Of a stretch of DNA of 56,382 bases, positions 9,057-16,793 are shown piece after piece; positions within the stretch are counted from its first letter, which is position 1, and every line of letters starts with the position of its first letter. A program made the position numbers and the translations under genes. This DNA is from Alistipes sp. (GTDB taxonomy: Bacteria; Bacteroidota; Bacteroidia; Bacteroidales; Rikenellaceae). Under the pieces are notes generated by a model. That model saw only the letters and a program-made list of their open reading frames with translations. It was not told where the DNA came from and ran no database searches. The stretch is taken from positions 1-56,382 of the forward strand of contig JAZLDJ010000010.1 in assembly GCA_045614685.1 (NCBI GenBank), read 5' to 3'.

Positions 9057-9475
9057 TTGAGATTGCCAAGGAGAAAGGTATTCCGGTGTGGGTGGTAAAG
9101 CACCCATGCATCGCAACGCTTGAACATTTCAGTTTAGAAAGAGTATAAACCCACATAACTTTAACAGCCTTGTCAATAAAGAGTAACATAGATTTTGTTT
9201 TAACTAATCTCTACGACCCAACCATAGAGCAATCTTAGTTTGGAAGGCTCAACCGATTGGATTGTGCCATCGCAATAGTTAATCTATTTGTAGACCAAAG
9301 ATGGGAGGAGGAATGTTATCATTTTCCGGCAGAGTGTCTCGACATCTTACGCAAGGAAATAGAGATTTTAGAGTTAGCTATTGCTAATGACGCTGTGGCC
9401 AAAGATAAGGAAGAGATGGCTAAACTCGCAGTGTGGAATGGCTATGAGATATTGAGAACATCATTATCATTGTAG
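9029..9475 (+). pseudogene. 5'-truncated SLOG/DUF2493-like gene remnant with in-frame stops
   Basis: GKSSGTHHMIEIAKEKGIPVWVV matches the SLOG C-terminal (WDG)KSxGTxxMIxxAxxxG motif; the same frame continues through TAA 9146 and TAG 9236 into the 9257-9475 ORF. Confidence 0.65.
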
Positions 9476-9521
9476 CTTTTAACCAGTTCTAAATTTATAA
9501 AAGAATAAAAACAAATAGATT

Positions 9522-10262
9522 ATGGCGTTTTTGAAAGAAGATGGAAGTTTGGATATTGAGCGTATCAATAAACTCCCTTTAGAGGAATATATGGATATGA
9601 TGGGAGATTTAACACAAGAACAGGTAAGAGAATATGTAACCAAATTGCCCATCAATGAATCTAAAGAACCAATGAAGGCTGTTATTGTTGATTACACATT
9701 AGAAGAAGAGATAGAACGAGGTGTTGTTATTGCTGAAGACTTAATAAATAATTTGAGAAAAAAAACGAATGAGCAAACGTCTAAACAACAACAAATATAT
9801 CAACGATATATTCAAAAAAAAGGTATTTGCCAAGAATATAAAGATATTATAGATTATTTTATCTATTTACATGAAGATGAATTAATAAATGAATTACCAA
9901 AAGAATCAATCAATATCTTGAAAAAAACTATTTTTTTATTAGAAAAAATGTTGAAAAATAATGAAGATTTAACAATAGATAAAAAAATAATTGAAATGAC
10001 AATTAATGAAGGGAAAAAAGTTATTAAAACAAATTACAGCACTTTACCCAATTGCTCTATAAATGAAGATGGATCTATTGATTTAACCAACTTCAATTTA
10101 CTTAATGAGTCAGATCAGGTGTCAGTAATGTCAACTTGGAATCAAGAACAGATTATGTCTTATTATATGCAAAACTCAATATCAGAGGAAGAATGCTTTG
10201 CTCCTGTTCTTGAACTAATAGATGATTTAGAAAAATTAGAAAGGAGTGGACACAATTTTTGA
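9522..10262 (+). CDS. acidic protein with two copies of an EDGS(L/I)D...QEQ..Y module
   Basis: EDGSLDIERINKLPLEEYMDMMGDLTQEQVREY versus EDGSIDLTNFNLLNESDQVSVMSTWNQEQIMSY; very AT-rich, probably a fusion. Confidence 0.65.
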   Translation: MAFLKEDGSLDIERINKLPLEEYMDMMGDLTQEQVREYVTKLPINESKEPMKAVIVDYTLEEEIERGVVIAEDLINNLRKKTNEQTSKQQQIYQRYIQKKGICQEYKDIIDYFIYLHEDELINELPKESINILKKTIFLLEKMLKNNEDLTIDKKIIEMTINEGKKVIKTNYSTLPNCSINEDGSIDLTNFNLLNESDQVSVMSTWNQEQIMSYYMQNSISEEECFAPVLELIDDLEKLERSGHNF

Positions 10263-10449
10263 GATATTTATAGATATGAGTAGTAAGTCAATAGAAATGT
10301 TAACAGAGGAGCAACGCAAACTGCACGAAGAGTTTACTCATTGCCAAAATTGGGAAGAGGTTGAGGAGTTTTTGAAAAAAGTGGAAATGATTAATGAATC
10401 CCAAGAAAATAATGAGATACCTTATTATGATATGACAATAGAAGAGTAT
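10260..10449 (+). repeat. 190-bp direct repeat, copy 2
   Basis: Offset 1984 bp from copy 1. Confidence 0.95.
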
Positions 10450-10506
10450 AGACAAAAGTTTAATACCACATCATATGAGGATATGAAGAAAAAAATGTGG
10501 ATGTAA
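10276..10506 (+). CDS. small acidic protein (76 aa), antitoxin-like, copy 2
   Basis: Same start context and length as copy 1, with a different last 18 aa. Confidence 0.75.
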   Translation: MSSKSIEMLTEEQRKLHEEFTHCQNWEEVEEFLKKVEMINESQENNEIPYYDMTIEEYRQKFNTTSYEDMKKKMWM

Positions 10507-10574
10507 TGTTACAAATTGAGTATTCAGAAAAAGCTACAGAACAATTAAATGAGATTATAGAAAATCCTAACTGA
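10506..10574 (+). pseudogene. RelE/ParE-like toxin N-terminal fragment
   Basis: TAATG-coupled MLQIEYSEKATEQLNEII then out of frame; resembles the first strand and helix (I-x-Y-S-x-x-A-x-x-x-L-x-x-I) of RelE/ParE toxins. Confidence 0.5.
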
Positions 10575-10722
10575 AAATGAGCGAGTTCGCCAAATGAGTG
10601 AGTGGAGTGTTGAGGAACAAGAACAATACTTTTGCCCAAATGGGACAATGACTCTTGAAGAATTTAGAGCAAAGGGACATCAAATAATTAAGGAAGAATA
10701 TAAACGATTGGGCTGGAAGTAA
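10561..10722 (+). pseudogene. 5'-truncated acidic module related to 9522-10262
   Basis: KILTENERVRQMSEWSVEEQEQYFCPNGTMTLEEFRAKGHQIIKEEYKRLGWK*; could be translated from ATG 10594 (42 aa). Confidence 0.55.
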
Positions 10723-10769
10723 AGAGTTAGAAATATAGTAAGTTAAACCAAAAATAAAGTTTAGAGATT

Positions 10770-10952
10770 ATGAGTTATTGGATCCCGTGTCAGAATTGTG
10801 GCAAAGAGTTGCCTTCAGATTGGTCGTGGTATGTATGCGACAAGTGTGGTTTTAGAGTATGCCCTTCGTGTTTGGGTAGTCACAGAGGCCCTTATTCATC
10901 GGGTGGATTTAAGTGCAGCCAATGTGCATTTGGTTATATGAAAGAGAAGTAG
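10770..10952 (+). CDS. 60-aa zinc-finger microprotein
   Basis: Four CxxC pairs (CQNC, CDKC, CPSC, CSQC); good A-rich start context. Confidence 0.8.
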   Translation: MSYWIPCQNCGKELPSDWSWYVCDKCGFRVCPSCLGSHRGPYSSGGFKCSQCAFGYMKEK

Positions 10953-11081
10953 AATCCATTGGTAAGAAGTTTTCTATTATAAATATGATATATAAGATAT
11001 TGGATTTTATTAGTTTGCTAATAATAAATTCAGGAAAAATTCTTACCTTTGATACAAGTTAAAGACTAAAAATGGTAAAAT

Positions 11082-11480
11082 ATGGCAAAGGTTAATGTAA
11101 AATTAGAACTACATTACGGATATTACAGCAACTATATGATATCAGCAGTACATATATTAGTCCCACAAATTGAAAAATCTCTTGCTAACAAAGCGGAGTC
11201 TATTTGTGGCAATTTAACCGCTATGCACAGAGATGATCATCAAGATGAGCCTGGCTTATCAAAAGTATTAGAGTGCTTAAAGTTTTATTTTAAGGAGGAT
11301 ATATATAATGATTTACGTTATTTTCTAAATACTGGAGCTGATGTTAATCTTCGAAATAATATTGCACATGGTTTATGTACTATACAACATTTCATAAATC
11401 ACGGAGCTTATTTATGGTGGCTAGCATTGAAAATGTACTTCTGTGAAGATGAAATATTTAGGTCTGGCATAGATGAGTAG
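11082..11480 (+). CDS. DUF4209/HEPN-like domain protein, apparently truncated to its C-terminal domain
   Basis: SAVHILVPQIEKSL...NLRNNIAHGL with an R-x4-H motif; -7 box TACCTTTG at 11044-11051. Confidence 0.65.
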   Translation: MAKVNVKLELHYGYYSNYMISAVHILVPQIEKSLANKAESICGNLTAMHRDDHQDEPGLSKVLECLKFYFKEDIYNDLRYFLNTGADVNLRNNIAHGLCTIQHFINHGAYLWWLALKMYFCEDEIFRSGIDE

Positions 11481-11677
11481 TAATAGTATTTATTAATATC
11501 GAAAGTCGATCAGTGTTGCGATACAAATTGTTGGAAGAATCCATATGCAATGATACATTGAGCATACAGAATGTTATGGCATTCCGTAAATAGTAATACA
11601 CAGTGAGTGTCGTGTGAGTGCAAATTACAAAACAGACACAACTCTTTGATAATTTGTGCATAATAGAAAAGTGTAGA

Positions 11678-11694
11678 AGCCCCGGCGGATTCAC
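11678..11694 (+). mobile_element. candidate attR: orphan tRNA 3' end
   Basis: AGC-CCCGG-CGGATTC-AC reads as T-loop end, T-stem 3' strand, acceptor 3' strand and discriminator; no 5' half upstream; GTGAGTG direct repeats at 11603 and 11614. Confidence 0.5.
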
Positions 11695-11734
11695 GCAAAA
11701 GAGAAGGTCAAAAGCCTTCTCTTTTTGCGTGAAT
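11689..11734 (+). terminator. long hairpin terminator
   Basis: ATTCACGCAAAAGAGAAGG / CCTTCTCTTTTTGCGTGAAT, one bulge. Confidence 0.8.
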
Positions 11735-11740
11735 ACATAT

Positions 11741-11780
11741 GTTACCCACCCCCTAAATCCCCCGCCTGTGCGGGGGACTT
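11741..11780. repeat. REP-like palindromic element
   Basis: GTTACCCACCCCCTAAATCCCCCGCCTGTGCGGGGGACTT; related copy at 45282-45321. Confidence 0.7.
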
Positions 11781-11937
11781 ATATATTCTATTGCTATGTG
11801 GAGCCATAAGGTGTCCTTGCTTCGGCTGCGCCAGTTATCATTTCTATTTTATCTTCATATGCAAGCCTACCTCTGGCTATTTGGGCGGGGTGGTGCAAAA
11901 AAATCGTCGCAAAAGTATCACCGAAAGAAAAAATCAC

Positions 11938-11945
11938 TATCTTTG
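11938..11945 (+). promoter_or_regulatory. -7 promoter box of the B12 operon
   Basis: TATCTTTG directly before the riboswitch. Confidence 0.75.
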
Positions 11946-11949
11946 CATC

Positions 11950-12126
11950 ACATAAGGAGCCTTTACGGACTACGCGTTACGAAAGGTGAAAAGGGAATCC
12001 AGTGAGAATCTGGGACAATACCAGTTGCTGTAAATCCCACTCCGTCAGGAGTTTGTTTATCGCACTCTTTGCCACTGATTGAAATCGGGAAGGCGTGATA
12101 AAAGGGATAAGTCAGAAGACCTGCCT
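11950..12126 (+). ncRNA. cobalamin riboswitch
   Basis: AAAAGGGAATCCAGTGAGAATCTGG, GCTGTAA, GCCACTG...GGGAAGGC and B12-box AAGTCAGAAGACCTGCC; lies upstream of btu genes. Confidence 0.93.
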
Positions 12127-12347
12127 TGTGTTTTAATGGATTGCTACCTACTGGGATATGGGTTGAAATCAACATTTTTTAATTGCTATTATTTTTTAGC
12201 CAAACGAGTATCTAGAACGAGGGCTTTCTGTACCTTGTCGTTTCCTCGTAATTACTTCGGCACACACGTGTGCTGTATTGGGTTGTAGGCTATTGGTATG
12301 TGCAATTAAAATCTATTTAATTAGTTGTATTATAACCCATTGTGAGT

Positions 12348-12848
12348 ATGGATAGCATCCAGACCAATAGCTACAAGCAGGATAACCACATCCTCAAAAG
12401 TAACTTGTGGAAGTTTTTCAAGGCGTTGCGAGCACAGGCAAATCCCATCTATTGTCTGCTTGTTTCAAGCCCCATTTCGTATGCGTGGATTACAATTATC
12501 GACAAGTTGGATTCTACGATTCAGAAGCGTATCTCAATCGCACAATTTGTAAATGCACTCAAGAAGATGCCTTCGACAGGTAAATACTATCGTTTAAGCA
12601 TCAATACCTATAATTTCAATACGCTCGGTAAGCAGACCTTCGAAGCGTCGTTTCAGCACGAATTGTCGTTCGAGATTGCAACCACCCTACTTCCTGCAAT
12701 CATAGCCAACCATTGCGTGGAGGCTTGTGCCCGAGGCGAACGATTCGAACTAACGCCTCAAATCAAGAATCAATACAAGTTTAAGGCGAAGTACATCGAT
12801 GAGCTGCAGTCAATTATAGAGCAGTGCAATAAAGCTATAGAGGGATAA
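12348..12848 (+). CDS. hypothetical cytoplasmic protein, first gene after the riboswitch
   Basis: 166-168 aa ORF (ATG 12348 or GTG 12342), no signal peptide. Confidence 0.7.
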   Translation: MDSIQTNSYKQDNHILKSNLWKFFKALRAQANPIYCLLVSSPISYAWITIIDKLDSTIQKRISIAQFVNALKKMPSTGKYYRLSINTYNFNTLGKQTFEASFQHELSFEIATTLLPAIIANHCVEACARGERFELTPQIKNQYKFKAKYIDELQSIIEQCNKAIEG

Positions 12849-12872
12849 TCACTAAACGAAATAATATAAACT

Positions 12873-12983
12873 ATGAAAAACTATTATTCAGCACCGACCT
12901 TTGAGGTTGTAGATATTGAGGTTGAGCAGGGCTTCATCCTCTCGAGCGGACAACAAGAGCCATCACCTTGGGAAGATATGTAA
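12873..12983 (+). CDS. 36-aa fimbrillin-associated small peptide
   Basis: Hand translation MKNYYSAPTFEVVDIEVEQGFILSSGQQEPSPWEDM*; fills the intergenic gap with a good start context. Confidence 0.8.
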   Translation: MKNYYSAPTFEVVDIEVEQGFILSSGQQEPSPWEDM

Positions 12984-13003
12984 AATTTAATACCTATAAT
13001 ATT

Positions 13004-14707
13004 ATGAAAAAGAGTTTGTTTTTTGCGATGGTAGCAACTTTGTTTGTTGCTTGTCAAAAGGAGAATTTAGTGTCATCAACCGCCGAGGAGTCGCTCGTCG
13101 TTACGGGATACTGTGACGCTCAGAGTCGTACAGCATTTGGCACGCCAGATAGCTCGGAGATTCCGTATCGTTGGTCGGCTGGCGACTACATTTGGTTGGG
13201 AAATAATAGAAGTTCTGCCATTGCGGAGGAGTGCACCTTGGCTCAGTTTGAGTTTAGGGGAGGTACTGCCATAGTAGGCACTGGTCACATATTCTACAAT
13301 ATGACTGGTCAGGCCAAAAGTGCCAAGGTGCTCTCCTCGCAGACAGCGGATGGTAATCTCGGAAATGATGGAGACTTCGGCTACGCCACATTGGACGAGT
13401 ATGGCTCGTTCTACTTGGAGCACAAGAGTGCGTATGTTTGGTTCGACACAAAGAGCAACGACGCCGATATGCCAAAGCTTCGCTCGATTACACTTTCGAC
13501 CGAGGGCGTGGCAATTGCGGGTGAGCGCATCTTCAACTACTCGGATCAGGCGTGGGATAGCGCAACCGCGAACGGCAGTTCGGAAATCACACTCAACTTC
13601 GAGGGCGGACACACGCTGTTGTCGGCAAATGAAGGCGTTATGGCGGCTATGGTAGTGCTTCCTGCCGAGGTTGCAGGCACAAAGCTAACCATCACCTATA
13701 CCTTTGATGACGAGAGTACCTTCACTGAGGAGAAGAGCCCGTCGAAGAATTTTGTGAGTGGAGCAACACAGCGCATTGCAACCACAATCAGCAAGAGCGA
13801 TTTGAAGCAGAAAGAGCCTGAACTTGGCTACGAATTGCGCATTCTCACCTTCGAGGATAAGGATGCAAAATTCGAGCCTTATACCTTAGATTATGCAGGC
13901 GTTGAAATCAGCACTTGGAGCGACTTGGTAGATAATCCGCAGTATATGGGCCCTCTCACATATGGCGATTGTATGTCTGCTATGTATATGTGGTACGACG
14001 AGGGTAACACGGAACTTATGCACGTGTTCCCCGACAACTATGCGTATTGCTTCTGGGGCGGTGGCCACGCAATCTCGAACTATTGGGGCGAGGGCTATAC
14101 CGACGAGGATAGAAACAAGCACATTGCAAAGTATTATGGTCAGGACTATGTTGACCAGTGGGCTGGCCAAGCTGGTGCAGATGGCTTTCTCGGTTGGTTT
14201 AACGTACAGATGATGGCCCCTGTGGCACCACATTCGGGCGATAACTTTGTGGTGCACTATGGCTACAAAGATTTCTTCAACTACATCGAGAATCTTCCGG
14301 AGATTTCGTTTGCCGATGGCGAGATGCGCGTGATAGACCATATGTATGTCACCAACACCAACTATACACTCAATCAGCTCGTGAACGGAGTTAAGAGCGA
14401 GGAGGGAAATAGCTTCGGCGGCAGTTGGGAAGGCTTGACCGACGATGCGTGGTTGAAGGTTGTTGCTTATGGCTTCGACGATGTAGATGCCGACGCATAT
14501 GCCGAGCCTATCAGCCAAGTTGAGTTCTACTTGGTGAAGGGCCAAAATGTGGTTACCGATTGGCAGAAGTGGGATTTGTCGTCACTCGGCAAGGTTGCAA
14601 AGGTGCGTTTCAACTTCCTCTACTCGGACGATATGGGCGGAAAGTACGGATTTACAATACCGGGATATTTTGCTTACGATGATATTGCTGTTCGATTCGA
14701 AAAATAA
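13004..14707 (+). CDS. lipoprotein: fimbrillin (type V pilin, Mfa-like) domain fused to a DUF4465/BtuJ-like domain
   Basis: LFVAC lipobox; SRT...WSAGDYI, F.LEH..A, AIAG, VVLP pilin pattern; C-terminal YVTNTNY, DWQKWDLSSLGKV, PGYFAYDDI. Confidence 0.75.
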   Translation: MKKSLFFAMVATLFVACQKENLVSSTAEESLVVTGYCDAQSRTAFGTPDSSEIPYRWSAGDYIWLGNNRSSAIAEECTLAQFEFRGGTAIVGTGHIFYNMTGQAKSAKVLSSQTADGNLGNDGDFGYATLDEYGSFYLEHKSAYVWFDTKSNDADMPKLRSITLSTEGVAIAGERIFNYSDQAWDSATANGSSEITLNFEGGHTLLSANEGVMAAMVVLPAEVAGTKLTITYTFDDESTFTEEKSPSKNFVSGATQRIATTISKSDLKQKEPELGYELRILTFEDKDAKFEPYTLDYAGVEISTWSDLVDNPQYMGPLTYGDCMSAMYMWYDEGNTELMHVFPDNYAYCFWGGGHAISNYWGEGYTDEDRNKHIAKYYGQDYVDQWAGQAGADGFLGWFNVQMMAPVAPHSGDNFVVHYGYKDFFNYIENLPEISFADGEMRVIDHMYVTNTNYTLNQLVNGVKSEEGNSFGGSWEGLTDDAWLKVVAYGFDDVDADAYAEPISQVEFYLVKGQNVVTDWQKWDLSSLGKVAKVRFNFLYSDDMGGKYGFTIPGYFAYDDIAVRFEK

Positions 14708-14710
14708 GAG

Positions 14711-15706
14711 ATGAAGCGATTTTTAGGATATTTAGTTTTAGGGTATTTTTTGTTGGTATCCTCGTCTTGTAACATAGACGAGGATATCACTGCAGATTTA
14801 GGTAAAGGCGAATTTTATCGTGCCAGAACAGCAGAGTCGAAGGCCGATTGGAACAAAGTCTACGAATATACGCCTGCCCCAGGGCAATTCATCAACGAAC
14901 TGAAGACTGGCGGCTTCGACGGCACGCAGACAACGCCAGAGACAGCAATTGCTTACGCCGAGGCGCGTATGTCGGAGGTGGATAACAACGGTAATCCCTA
15001 TCCTAATTGGGTGTCGTTGGGAGGTTTTGGCGGCTACATTGTAGTAGGCTTTGACCATAGCATCGACAATTCGGGTGGCTACGATATAGGCATCTTGGGC
15101 AACTCGTTTAGTGGTTCATCCGAGCCGGGTATTGTATGGATTATGCAAGACGAGAATGGTAATGGCCTACCCGACGATACTTGGTACGAATTAGCTGGCT
15201 CGGAGACGGGTAAGCCCGAAACAATTCAGAACTATGCCGTAACCTACTATCGCCCAAGCGAGCCAAAGCAGCCCGTCAAATGGACCGACAATCAAGGCAA
15301 TAGCGGCGAGATTGACTACCTCAAGCAGTTTCACCGCCAAGATTACTACTATCCATTGTGGATTGAGGAGGATAGTTATACTTTGACGGGTACTTGCCTC
15401 CAGGCACGCAACTACGACGCTTCGGGCAATGGCTCATATTGGGTAAATGTGGAGTACGATTGGGGGTATGCCGACAATTTCAGCTCTATTGACCGATTGA
15501 CTAACGATGCGAATGCTGGTGCCACAGCCAGTGCCAATCACTTCAGAATCTCGGATGCGATAGACTCGAATGGCAAGCACAAGCATCTCGAATATATCGA
15601 CTTCGTGAAGGTTGTTGTGGGCGTTAATGCCAAGAGCGGATGGTTGGGTGAGGTCTCGACCGAGGTGTTCGGATTCTACGATTACCACATTAAAAAAGAG
15701 TTGTAG
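14711..15706 (+). CDS. btuH: BtuH-family surface B12-binding lipoprotein
   Basis: VYEYTPAPGQFINE, VSLGGFGGYIVVGFDHSI, SEPGIVW.MQDENGNGLPDDTWYEL. Confidence 0.8.
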   Translation: MKRFLGYLVLGYFLLVSSSCNIDEDITADLGKGEFYRARTAESKADWNKVYEYTPAPGQFINELKTGGFDGTQTTPETAIAYAEARMSEVDNNGNPYPNWVSLGGFGGYIVVGFDHSIDNSGGYDIGILGNSFSGSSEPGIVWIMQDENGNGLPDDTWYELAGSETGKPETIQNYAVTYYRPSEPKQPVKWTDNQGNSGEIDYLKQFHRQDYYYPLWIEEDSYTLTGTCLQARNYDASGNGSYWVNVEYDWGYADNFSSIDRLTNDANAGATASANHFRISDAIDSNGKHKHLEYIDFVKVVVGVNAKSGWLGEVSTEVFGFYDYHIKKEL

Positions 15707-15709
15707 CAG

Positions 15710-16780
15710 ATGAGAAGTATTGTCAGATATATTGTGTTGGCTCTGCTCGTGCTTCATACATCGTGCATGAAGTGGGAGTATGGTTTAGTCGAGGAGTTCG
15801 ACTACTCGGATACGAACGGGTTGTTTATATGCAATGAGGGTAATTTCCAATATGGCAATGCTACCCTATCGTACTACAACCCCGAGACCAAAGAGGTCGA
15901 AAACGAGATCTTCTTTCGTGCCAACGGAATGAAGTTGGGCGATGTTTGCCAGTCGATGATTATTCGCAACGGCGTGGGTTGGGTTGTGGCAAACAACTCG
16001 CACGTTGTCTTCGCTATCGACATACACACATTCAAGGAGAAGGGGCGCATCGTCAATCTTACCTCACCACGATATATCCACTTTATCTCGGACGAGAAGG
16101 CCTACATTACACAGATTTGGGACAACCGTATCTTTATTGTAAATCCCAAACTATACAAAATTATTGGCTATATCGATGTGCCAAATATGACAATGGAGAG
16201 CGGCTCTACCGAGCAGATGGTGCAGTATGGCAAGTATGTTTATGTAAATTGCTGGTCGTACCAAAATCGTATCATCAAAATCGATACCGAGACCGACAAG
16301 GTTGTCGACGAACTTGTCGTAGGTATACAGCCAACATCGTTGGTTATGGATTGCAACAACAAACTATGGACTGTTACGGATGGTGGATATGAAGGCTCAC
16401 CATATGGTCACGAAGCACCTTCGCTCTATCGTATTAATATTGACGACGGCAAATTCGAGGTGGAGAAACAGTTCCGTTTCAAGTTTGGCGATTGGCCATC
16501 GGAGGTGCAGCTCAATGGAGCAAAGGATAAACTCTATTGGCTCAACGACGATGTTTGGATGTTGGATTTAACCAAAGAGAATGCTCAACCCGAGGTATTC
16601 TTGCCTTATAATGGTACGCTCTACTACGGTCTTACGGTATGTCCTCGTACAGACGATGTCTATGTGGCCGACGCCATTGACTATGTGCAGCAAGGAATGG
16701 TCTATCGCTACTCGAAGGATCGCGAACTCATCGATAGTTTCTATGTGGGTATTATCCCTGGCGCATTTTGTTGGAAATAG
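15710..16780 (+). CDS. btuG: BtuG beta-propeller B12-binding lipoprotein
   Basis: Lipobox, GLFICNEGNFQYGNATLSYY, TSPRY, VGIIPGAFCWK; adjacent to the TonB-dependent receptor. Confidence 0.9.
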   Translation: MRSIVRYIVLALLVLHTSCMKWEYGLVEEFDYSDTNGLFICNEGNFQYGNATLSYYNPETKEVENEIFFRANGMKLGDVCQSMIIRNGVGWVVANNSHVVFAIDIHTFKEKGRIVNLTSPRYIHFISDEKAYITQIWDNRIFIVNPKLYKIIGYIDVPNMTMESGSTEQMVQYGKYVYVNCWSYQNRIIKIDTETDKVVDELVVGIQPTSLVMDCNNKLWTVTDGGYEGSPYGHEAPSLYRINIDDGKFEVEKQFRFKFGDWPSEVQLNGAKDKLYWLNDDVWMLDLTKENAQPEVFLPYNGTLYYGLTVCPRTDDVYVADAIDYVQQGMVYRYSKDRELIDSFYVGIIPGAFCWK

Positions 16781-16793
16781 AGTGTAAAGAACT

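Noticed and set aside
6514-9525. Shared AATAGATTATGG at 6514 and 9514, and ATTTATAGATATGA at the 3973 and 8292 starts
   Set aside because: Short AT-rich matches at start codons fit ordinary Bacteroidota translation-initiation context
8276-10506. Diversity-generating retroelement TR/VR pair
   Set aside because: Differences are not adenine-specific, both copies are coding, the tails differ wholesale, and there is no reverse transcriptase in the window
8240-11600. CRISPR array or integron cassette array
   Set aside because: No regularly spaced repeats or attC-like palindromes between the small genes; no cas or integrase gene seen
12873-12983. Lasso peptide or other RiPP cluster
   Set aside because: No cyclase, peptidase, RRE or radical SAM gene nearby; kept only as a pilin-associated peptide
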